DNA of 64,000 nucleotides from Escherichia phage KEP4: sequence record PP047754; one strand, 5' to 3'. Shown piece by piece: positions 57,192 to 64,000 of this stretch (position 1 is its first letter; each line of letters starts with the position of its first letter). The notes under the pieces were generated by a model. It saw only the letters and a program-made list of their open reading frames with translations, ran no database searches and was not told where the DNA came from. The position numbers and the translations under genes were made by a program.

Positions 57192-58385
57192 TTAGCTGGG
57201 GACAAACTCATTCACAGGGACATGTTCAGGTATTGATAATTCAGGACAAGCAGCTTTCATCGCTTCCAGATATGGCTTGCTACCCACGATCCAAAACAAT
57301 GAGTTCTCATTAAGCAATTCTGGTTTGTGTTCCTGTATCCATGTCATCACCTTCCCTTCATAACGAGGATGCAACTCAATATCTCCCCACTGGTAATCCA
57401 TGAGGTCGTTGTAACGAACCCAATTAGTGGTATGAAGATCCCAATGGTGTACCTCAAAGCGAGGAAGCACGATATCCGGCTCGTTCTTTGGCCTGATACC
57501 ACTTAGGAGGCCAGCCAGCGAAACGCTCTTAGAGGCATGCTGAAGATCCTTCTTACCATACACATAATCTGGGTTGTCGTGATAGCGACGAGTGAAATCA
57601 GTTATGTGAGGGAGGTTTGCTTGCTTACCGATAATGCGCAAACGACTTTCAATGAAATCTAATCGGTTAGGTCCAATCCCGATCAGATAGACATTCTTCA
57701 GATTTGGTTTCGGATGCATCGCTAAACCTGTCAGGATACTGGTGCATGAATTACAAGAACCAGCAGGAATGATCAGATCAGTGATATGGTCTGGGATATT
57801 GGCAACCTGCTCGCCACCCAGCATATGGAATCCAGCAATGCGTTCTGGTGAATGAACGGTATGATCCAATGTAATGCCATATTCCAGATAATACGCCTTT
57901 GGATTTAATTGTTCAATGAGTTTCTTACAGCGCGGCTGAATGGTGCTATTGTAACCAGATCCAACAAAGTTGAACTCACTACCAAACCATGCTGACATTG
58001 AAACCATATCATGATTCATGCATGTGGTTGGTTTAGTGGCACCCAGCACAGTGGTTGTCTTGCCGCCGAAATGCCGTGAGACTGCCGTCGCCATAGGGGA
58101 CTGCGGACTACCAACTACAGTACCATGGATAAGATCTGGGGATCCTCCAGCTTTCAGATGCTCCATCATGAGCCAGATGGCCTGGCGGAGTTTGCTGCCA
58201 TTGATCCCCTGCTTGCCATTCATATAGCATGACAAAGGCGCGAAGTAATCTTCACGTTTGAACCAAACCTGCTGATTGGTTTCTGGATTGGCAATAAGTT
58301 CGCACGGGGTGTGTTTGTAGAGATAGTCTTCCCAGTGAACCAGATTACGGTCGAGGGAAAGGGTATCGAAGATGGTTTTGTTCAT
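57192..58385 (-). CDS. hypothetical protein (397 aa)
   Basis: Large ORF co-directional with ART candidate; contains CNSC and IGIGPN motifs. Confidence 0.55.
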   Translation of the reverse strand: MNKTIFDTLSLDRNLVHWEDYLYKHTPCELIANPETNQQVWFKREDYFAPLSCYMNGKQGINGSKLRQAIWLMMEHLKAGGSPDLIHGTVVGSPQSPMATAVSRHFGGKTTTVLGATKPTTCMNHDMVSMSAWFGSEFNFVGSGYNSTIQPRCKKLIEQLNPKAYYLEYGITLDHTVHSPERIAGFHMLGGEQVANIPDHITDLIIPAGSCNSCTSILTGLAMHPKPNLKNVYLIGIGPNRLDFIESRLRIIGKQANLPHITDFTRRYHDNPDYVYGKKDLQHASKSVSLAGLLSGIRPKNEPDIVLPRFEVHHWDLHTTNWVRYNDLMDYQWGDIELHPRYEGKVMTWIQEHKPELLNENSLFWIVGSKPYLEAMKAACPELSIPEHVPVNEFVPS

Positions 58386-58454
58386 TCTATTTCTCCTGTA
58401 GGCATTGGCTTATCATAGCGTATCTACAGGAGTATAGAAAAGGAGAATCTCGGA

Positions 58455-59156
58455 TTACTTCTTGAACAGACGAAGGAACTTCATCATGTTATCCATGAAA
58501 GTCGGCTTCTCGACCTTTTGTTTTACCGGAGCGCCCTGATCATTCAGAACACGACTGGCCGGAGGAGTAGGCGGTGTCGGGATTGAACTGTCATGTTTAA
58601 CAACCGGAGCACCACTGGCCAGAGGAGTTGGCTTCAAAGATTTAATTGCCTGATTCAAATCGGAATTATCCACGACACCCACTTCTTCACCGACCGTAAC
58701 GCATGGTTTGATCAGAACGGATTTCTTAGACTGCTCATACTGATGAGCGATGTCCAGATATTTCTTGCGCTCTGTGTAGAAATCAACATTCTTTACTTTA
58801 CGGCGGCGAGCAGTAGAACTCTCTTCACCATAGAAATCATAACCATTTTTGAATAACCAATTCACGGCTTGCTCAAATGTGTTGAACACCATATACAGAC
58901 CGCGTCGACCATTTACCATGTCGTCTTCGCTGGAATAACCAATGAATACCGCTTGCCCTTTCTTGTTGATATCAAAAGGAGTACACACACCAGTTTCTTC
59001 AAGTGATCGCGGAGCAAGATGCCCGTCCCGATAGATATATGCCGGATACAAGAACTCATTAAGAGTACGTTTGTTCCCTTTGTATGTGTACAGGCGAGCA
59101 AATGGAGGCAGGTCACAAACGACATCGTTGTAATCCCAAATCGTAACATTACGCAT
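58455..59156 (-). CDS. hypothetical protein (233 aa)
   Basis: ORF. Confidence 0.5.
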   Translation of the reverse strand: MRNVTIWDYNDVVCDLPPFARLYTYKGNKRTLNEFLYPAYIYRDGHLAPRSLEETGVCTPFDINKKGQAVFIGYSSEDDMVNGRRGLYMVFNTFEQAVNWLFKNGYDFYGEESSTARRRKVKNVDFYTERKKYLDIAHQYEQSKKSVLIKPCVTVGEEVGVVDNSDLNQAIKSLKPTPLASGAPVVKHDSSIPTPPTPPASRVLNDQGAPVKQKVEKPTFMDNMMKFLRLFKK

Positions 59157-59227
59157 GTTGTTTCCTCAAATCAATGAAGGGGTTTATAAACGGTTAAATT
59201 TTAAACCCCTTATTCTCATTGAACAAA

Positions 59228-59746
59228 TCAAATACTAGTCATATAGAGTGGGACAACCTGCTCAGCGATCAACACGACCTCGGTAATGGTAAAGTCACCA
59301 CCATAAGAGTACAGTTTCATTTGCGCTCCGTTGGTCGCCAGGTTCCCATCCTTGTCAACGCTGAAGAATGTAATGAAAGACAAAGTGTCCGGCGGCGGTA
59401 CGCTAGCATCACGACTTCTTGATAACTGGTTCCCCACAGAACCCACAAAATCTAATATCATAGTTCTATTAGAAGTAGACCCAGACCATGATCCGACAAT
59501 ATTAACCTTCACCGGAAGAATAGAATCATAGGGAAACGCATGAAATTTGTGATCTGATAATTTAAAAAACGGGGCTAAACCAGTAGGAGAAGAAGGGTTC
59601 GGAGTCTTCCCATCCAACACAGTTAATAAATCTATTCCAGTTGCCCCAGAAGTTAGCAGTTGTGACAATCCAGAAAATCTGACTTCTGTTTTAATGCGGT
59701 GGGTCTGAAGCATATTCCCCAAATAGGGAGATGTCAAAATAGCCAT
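59228..59746 (-). CDS. hypothetical protein (172 aa)
   Basis: ORF. Confidence 0.5.
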   Translation of the reverse strand: MAILTSPYLGNMLQTHRIKTEVRFSGLSQLLTSGATGIDLLTVLDGKTPNPSSPTGLAPFFKLSDHKFHAFPYDSILPVKVNIVGSWSGSTSNRTMILDFVGSVGNQLSRSRDASVPPPDTLSFITFFSVDKDGNLATNGAQMKLYSYGGDFTITEVVLIAEQVVPLYMTSI

Positions 59747-59755
59747 ATCTCCCCC

Positions 59756-59989
59756 TTAAGAAACGATAACTGTCGCATCAGAATTAATTGCCTTAACCCA
59801 ACCCACCGTCGGCGGGGTTAAAACGACCATATTTCCTTGATATATGATATGCGCGTTGTTACCCGTTGGAGCGCTGGGGCTATCACACAGATACACAGAA
59901 CCGTGAGTCACTTGAAGAGTTTTCAAAGATGTTCCGTCTGAGACTTGTGTCCATGTACTTGCGTTTGGTATGATCTTAGCGGTTGCCAT
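59756..59989 (-). CDS. hypothetical small protein (77 aa)
   Basis: Strong AAGGAGG RBS before ATG. Confidence 0.5.
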   Translation of the reverse strand: MATAKIIPNASTWTQVSDGTSLKTLQVTHGSVYLCDSPSAPTGNNAHIIYQGNMVVLTPPTVGWVKAINSDATVIVS

Positions 59990-60029
59990 AATAGACCTCC
60001 TTTACAAGTCAGATCTATTTATTATAGAC

Positions 60030-60059
60030 AAAAAGAAGCCCGATCTTCCTGATCGGGCT
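60030..60059 (-). terminator. rho-independent terminator ending the tRNA cluster transcript
   Basis: AGCCCGATC TTCCT GATCGGGCT hairpin, TCTTTTTG on minus side. Confidence 0.55.
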
Positions 60060-60284
60060 ATGGTTAAACCATCGTGGGGATGGAAAGACTACTCACAGCA
60101 ATTTCTAGTATTAGGCGTTTGGGAGAGTGCGTCGGGAATCGAACCCGAAATCGTCAGGACGTTGAAAGCTATTTGCATTTCACTTGCATATCCTGCGACT
60201 TTCTTAACTTCCTTAACCCCAGATTGTTATGAAGTCGGCATGCACACCTTCTTCATCTTCAGGAAGTCACACTCATTATTCTGA

Positions 60285-60370
60285 TTGCTTCAACTGGATT
60301 CGAACCAGTGACCTCAGGCACCTTGTTCTCTCGAAACTTTCCTGCGCTCTACCACTCGAGCTATGAAGCA
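60285..60370 (-). tRNA. atypical tRNA-like gene, 86 nt, expanded anticodon arm
   Basis: Perfect 7-bp acceptor stem TGCTTCA/TGAAGCA, D arm GCTC-AGTGGTA-GAGC, T arm ACTGG-TTCGAAT-CCAGT, but CAGG/CCTG stem encloses about 22 nt instead of a 7-nt anticodon loop. Confidence 0.4.
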
Positions 60371-60373
60371 ATT

Positions 60374-60462
60374 TGGCGGAAGGTGAAGGATTCGAACCTT
60401 CGGGGGCTAAAAGCCCCACTCGATTAGCAGTCGAGTCCCTTAAACCTCTCGGGCAACCTTCC
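60374..60462 (-). tRNA. tRNA-Ser (anticodon GCU), CCA encoded
   Basis: Hand-folded cloverleaf: acceptor GGAAGGT/ACCTTCC, 3-bp D stem, anticodon arm CTCGA-CTGCTAA-TCGAG, long variable arm GGGGC..GCCCC, T arm GAAGG-TTCGAAT-CCTTC. Confidence 0.85.
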
Positions 60463-60996
60463 AATTTGGAGCGGGAGAGCAGTCAGCTACTGGCCAACCC
60501 CTATGGCTCCCGCGAAATTAGGACGGGCTTCACACCCGATTGTGCATTTGATCTGCCGTAGCCCAACTCCCCGCGCTTATCAGCGCCGATTGGTTAACTG
60601 GCACCAGTGCCTTCTGGTTCGATCTCCTGGAACTTTACAGGCTTCGTGCCCGACCATTTCTGGAAGTTGGGGCATCGTTTCCGATGTGGAGTCACCCCAT
60701 TTTATACACAGCTGGCTGCAACGCTTACTGTGTTTGGTCTACCACCACGTGCTGGGCCACGCTTGAGGACATCGGCCATCCTTCCTCAGCTAATCCACGC
60801 GGTGGTAGATTTTGTATCAGAGTGTCCGGTGTAGCTTTCCGTGAGGTGCGCACTACTGTAGCCTCTACACTCTGAATTTGGTGGGCGTTACTTTCGTCGG
60901 GTTCGGATTCCGTTCGGCTATTGGACGTCGCTCGAGAGAACTTGTCGTTCGCGTACTTCGTGCTTACTTGCTTTCGTTTCACACCCATTGTTTGTC

Positions 60997-61123
60997 GTCG
61001 GGCGGGGGATTCAAACCCCAATCTTTAGTTTGTGTTTCTTCAAAGCTATCATATGTTCACTTTGAATACTAGACTCCCCTGGACATCAAAACAGAATCTC
61101 TATTCCATCCTGCAAGACCCGAC
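60997..61123 (-). ncRNA. tRNA-like element, 127 nt: canonical acceptor and T-arm-like module around an extra-long body
   Basis: Acceptor GTCGGGT/GCCCGAC (7 bp incl. one GU), T-arm-like GGGG-TTTGAAT-CCCC; 7 nt from tRNA-Asn. Confidence 0.3.
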
Positions 61124-61130
61124 ATAATCC

Positions 61131-61206
61131 TGGCGACGATGGCAGGACTTGAACCTGCGACATACGGTTTAACAGACCGCCGTTCTACCGACTGAACTAC
61201 ATCGTC
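61131..61206 (-). tRNA. tRNA-Asn (anticodon GUU), CCA encoded
   Basis: Hand-folded cloverleaf: acceptor GACGATG/CATCGTC, D arm GTTC-AGTCGGTA-GAAC, anticodon loop CTGTTAA, T arm GCAGG-TTCAAGT-CCTGC. Confidence 0.85.
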
Positions 61207-61381
61207 ATTTATTCTTACTTTCGTAAACATTCTTTATTTTGCATGAAGACCCAGGGCAGGATCATAACGATCGTAAGTTTTTGGATGAGACCCGTTCTTG
61301 ATGCTCACCATCCGACCTTCCCAACTAGCGCGAATTCTGTTGGAAATCACCACCCAAATATTCTTCATAATATAGAACCCT

Positions 61382-61582
61382 TCAACTATGTTTATTCGCT
61401 TCGATCGCCCTTAATTGGGCGTCCGCGTCAGCTTTGGTGTCATGTGTCCCAAGAACTTTAGTCTTGGTGTGGTCAAGGACAACCCACTTATCGCCTCGCT
61501 TTTCAACAAACTCAACAATCTCTTTGTTGTCAGTAGCGAGGCCATCCCACTCAGTAAGAAACTCACCGAACGTTTTCATCAT
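61382..61582 (-). CDS. small protein embedded in tRNA cluster (about 66 aa)
   Basis: ATG-ATG start with GGTGAG RBS; track start 61606 is TTG. Confidence 0.4.
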   Translation of the reverse strand: MMKTFGEFLTEWDGLATDNKEIVEFVEKRGDKWVVLDHTKTKVLGTHDTKADADAQLRAIEANKHS

Positions 61583-61619
61583 ACTCACCAATTGTTTATT
61601 GAACAACTGGTTTATTTAG

Positions 61620-61695
61620 TGGTGACCCTGGCTGGACTTGAACCAGCGACCAATCGATTATGAGTCGACTGCTCTAACCACTGAGCTACGGGGCC
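61620..61695 (-). tRNA. tRNA with CAU anticodon (elongator Met or Ile-lysidine type), CCA encoded
   Basis: D arm GCTC-AGTGGTTA-GAGC, anticodon arm GTCGA-CTCATAA-TCGAT, T arm GCTGG-TTCAAGT-CCAGC; acceptor has one C-A mismatch. Confidence 0.75.
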
Positions 61696-61761
61696 AAAAT
61701 TTGGCGGGGTCTGAGGATTTTCACCTCACCTGCTGGATTGGCCTCCAGCTGTTCTCTATGA

Positions 61762-61787
61762 GGATTCGATGCGCGCGCATCGAATCC
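61762..61787. repeat. perfect 26-bp palindrome GGATTCGATGCGCGCGCATCGAATCC
   Basis: Sequence equals its own reverse complement. Confidence 0.85.
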
Positions 61788-62018
61788 CTTAAACTATCGC
61801 CCCATAATTTATTGTGTGACCAACCAAGGTCTCTCAACCCTTTATCCCGTTTGTGCATGATCAGTTCATGCATGCCTGTTTGTGCGCCTCGCGGCAACGC
61901 GCTTCTGTGGGTCTTTGGCTTGCACCGTAGCCTCACCACAGGCGTTTATTTTTCCAGGGCTTTCCACTTGCAAGTCTTGACCATACAGGGATACGGGCTT
62001 GCAAGATCGGGTTGGACA

Positions 62019-62096
62019 CAACTTTGATGGCTCTGGTACTAAAGATCCCGCGTCACCCATAGACATGGTTTATAAAATCCAGAGCCATCAAAGTTG
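62019..62096. repeat. 18-bp perfect inverted repeat enclosing 42 nt
   Basis: 62019-62036 CAACTTTGATGGCTCTGG pairs with 62079-62096 CCAGAGCCATCAAAGTTG. Confidence 0.8.
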
Positions 62097-62474
62097 CAAC
62101 CAAATGTTACAACTCGCATTCAATGTCTTCGTCACACCGAATACTTGTCCTCTATCGCTCGGACCAAACGAGGCTGGCCGAAGAAACAAAACACCACTCA
62201 ACACTAGAGCAAGGATGTGGTTGATGGCCACGATGTAATGTCTCTATCGAAGAGTGATCACACTTGTCAGATGATCACTGTTTTGCGAACTCGAGAATAC
62301 TGCGCCTGTCTCGGGTTTCCCCTTAGTTCGGCCTCTCATTGTTCGTCCGGTCAGGGAGCTACCCTTGATGACCAGCTTATATTGAGATCTTCGCCAGCGC
62401 CCACCAGTGTCTAGAATGTGTAGGCGTCGAGGTCTGCAAGGCATTGCCCTATTTCATACAACGCTCTCTCAAGT

Positions 62475-62630
62475 ACGCAAATCGAAGTTCTCTGGGCTTA
62501 ACAGGTTCGACCCAACATGTTGTATATCGCCTAACTTACTCATGGGACGGCCACTTCTGTGTACAGACCTTGAGGGTTAAAAGATATACCCAGAGAACTT
62601 CGATTTGCGTTGTGGGGGCAAACCCCCCAC
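62475..62630. repeat. 22-bp perfect long-range inverted repeat (stem enclosing 92 nt) plus adjacent 7-bp G/C hairpin
   Basis: 62475-62496 ACGCAAATCGAAGTTCTCTGGG pairs with 62589-62610; then GTGGGGG CAAAC CCCCCAC at 62612-62630. Confidence 0.8.
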
Positions 62631-62760
62631 ACGGCTACTTCTTTAACAGGGATTGCTAGCCCTGGGGATTCCACTGTTTAAGGCTTTATCCCATAACGCC
62701 CGAGGCGCGTTTTAACTTATTGAAGCTTGCATAACTGCAAACTGATGCGCTGTGAGACAC

Positions 62761-62887
62761 ATCTTTGAGGGCACTCAGTGTACAACAGGCTCCGATATTT
62801 CATAGGGCATTACTGCCTCGGATTTAAGTTGCCTTTCTCCTGAAACTCCATACAGTCTCGCGTCTGACGCGGAATGCCCTCAAAGAT
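62761..62887. repeat. 13-bp perfect inverted repeat enclosing about 100 nt
   Basis: 62761-62773 ATCTTTGAGGGCA pairs with 62875-62887 TGCCCTCAAAGAT. Confidence 0.75.
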
Positions 62888-64000
62888 ATGGAGCCGTTTT
62901 AGGGAGTCGAACCCAAATGCTTGGCCAGCGCTGACCTTACATCCCATCTGACTTAGGCAACCCACCTCTGCCTACTCAGGAGCTTATCCCCTTTGGACAG
63001 TCAGATATAACGGCGTTGGGATTGGAGGAAGGACTCGAACCTTCTCATGTACGCTCCTGATTTCTCAGAAGTAGTCTGCTCCCATCGACCTATTAAGTAC
63101 ACGCTCCGCTCATTGTCGACGGGAGATTATTAATCACACCCTCCCGTCTATTTTAGTGCGCCGAATTTGGTGATGAGGAATCGGAAGACCTCACTGGTGT
63201 ATGGCTATTAAGCTACTGCCAGGAACGTGTTATCATTAGCGATTATTTTTGTGGTCAGTTTCTAAAAACCCGCAAAGTCACGCACAACGAAAACGAAAAC
63301 CTGTTTGAGTCCTAAACCTACCTGTCTTGGTCTCACATCGCTATGAGTGGCCAGGACTCAAACAGCTTGCCGTTCAGTGAGTTAACTATACTTTGTAACC
63401 CGTTATTGATAAAACCTTTTATTTTTGTTGGCGAGGGTGCGGAATCGAACCACACTTCTGAGCGCTACCCCGTGTCATCAATGCACCACCTCACCATCGA
63501 TTTGCCGGAACTTACGCATCCGGCCTCGTCCTGTCGGTGTTCTTCTGAATCCGGGAAGATCAGCAGGAACTATGAATCAAGTTAATTCAACCAACAGGAA
63601 TCCTCTTGTTGCCCTTTGACGCAACATTATGAACCCTCTATGAAGACTCATAATGTTGTCGGCGTGATGGAGATTAGCGCCCCCGACCTCCCCTTATATG
63701 TTGGTGTCGACTTGCCAACGGGGTGCTCTCGTTTTTCTGAGCTAATCACGCTACAACAGGGAGTTTCGTTCTCCGACGGTCAAGTGCGTCCACTGACACC
63801 AGCGAGGTGGCTATTACGCCTCTATTCACACAAGCCCCTGAGACTAGGGGTTAACTGGTTTTGGGCTGCAAACCCGACTCCCACTGTGTTATTTCCCTCA
63901 TGTTTAATACTTTACCGCAGCCCAGCTAATTTGAAAAGTCCTCTCCCCTTTGAGCTACACTGCCCACAGCAGTGCGGACGAACCTTCACTCAAAACCGGA

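Larger units (their letters stand above)
61696..64000 (-). ncRNA. ORF-free, structure-rich region upstream of the tRNA cluster; candidate large structured RNA(s) or array of non-canonical tRNA-like elements (runs to window end)
   Basis: No ORF over about 130 aa in any frame across 2.3 kb (none at all 62660-63340); multiple perfect palindromes; tRNA-like T-arm/acceptor/CCA modules at 63017-63085 and about 63429-63495; same strand as tRNAs. Confidence 0.35.

Noticed and set aside
60131-60147. T-arm-like motif TCGGG-TTCGATT-CCCGA (minus strand) as part of a further tRNA
   Set aside because: No acceptor-stem partner and no anticodon arm within 100 nt; reported only as a tRNA-like remnant
60285-61695. 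tRNA cluster as an integration site of a temperate element
   Set aside because: No integrase, excisionase or attachment-site direct repeats; surrounding content is T4-like lytic phage genes
60503-62659. Plus- and minus-strand ORFs of 60-130 aa in the tRNA/ncRNA region (e.g. 60503..60766, 61638..62027, 62444..62659)
   Set aside because: Overlap hand-folded tRNAs or palindromes, lack RBS, low-complexity or Cys/Arg-rich junk-like translations
61696-64000. Possibility that the ORF-free region is an rRNA gene or host chromosomal rRNA operon fragment
   Set aside because: No universal 16S or 23S motifs (e.g. the GTGCCAGCMGCCGCGG region or the anti-SD 3' end) found on either strand; flanking genes are phage genes
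60463-64000. CRISPR array
   Set aside because: Repeats are inverted or palindromic and irregularly spaced, not regularly spaced direct repeats with unique spacers

Overview
This window reads as a segment of a large T4-like virulent myovirus genome (Tevenvirinae or Ackermannviridae type), not bacterial chromosome. All functional calls rest on motif recognition by eye and comparison with remembered T4 proteins; no database search, folding or alignment was run. ORF-track starts include TTG/GTG and are often over-extended, so starts were trimmed where an ATG with an RBS is visible. Layout: 0.7-15.7 kb (plus strand) holds a nucleotide-metabolism module (P-loop NTPase, thymidylate-synthase-family enzyme, dNMP kinase, MazG-like NTPase), UvsX, a gp41-type helicase, ATP-dependent DNA ligase and a gp59-like loader. 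15.7-53.5 kb (minus strand) holds tail/baseplate-like proteins, dCMP deaminase, many small accessory ORFs (metallophosphoesterase, QueC-like PP-loop enzyme, DEDD-exonuclease-like, macrodomain), both topoisomerase II subunits with a papain-like peptidase gene between them, rIIB-like and rIIA, a LemA-family membrane pair, a P-loop kinase/HAD phosphatase cluster and the B-family DNA polymerase. 53.5-60 kb holds small genes including a PARP-like ADP-ribosyltransferase candidate. 60-64 kb is the most unusual part: a minus-strand tRNA cluster (Ser-GCU, Asn-GUU, Met-CAU plus atypical tRNA-like genes) embedded in about 4 kb of ORF-free sequence rich in perfect palindromes and long-range inverted repeats, which I propose as a candidate large structured RNA locus.
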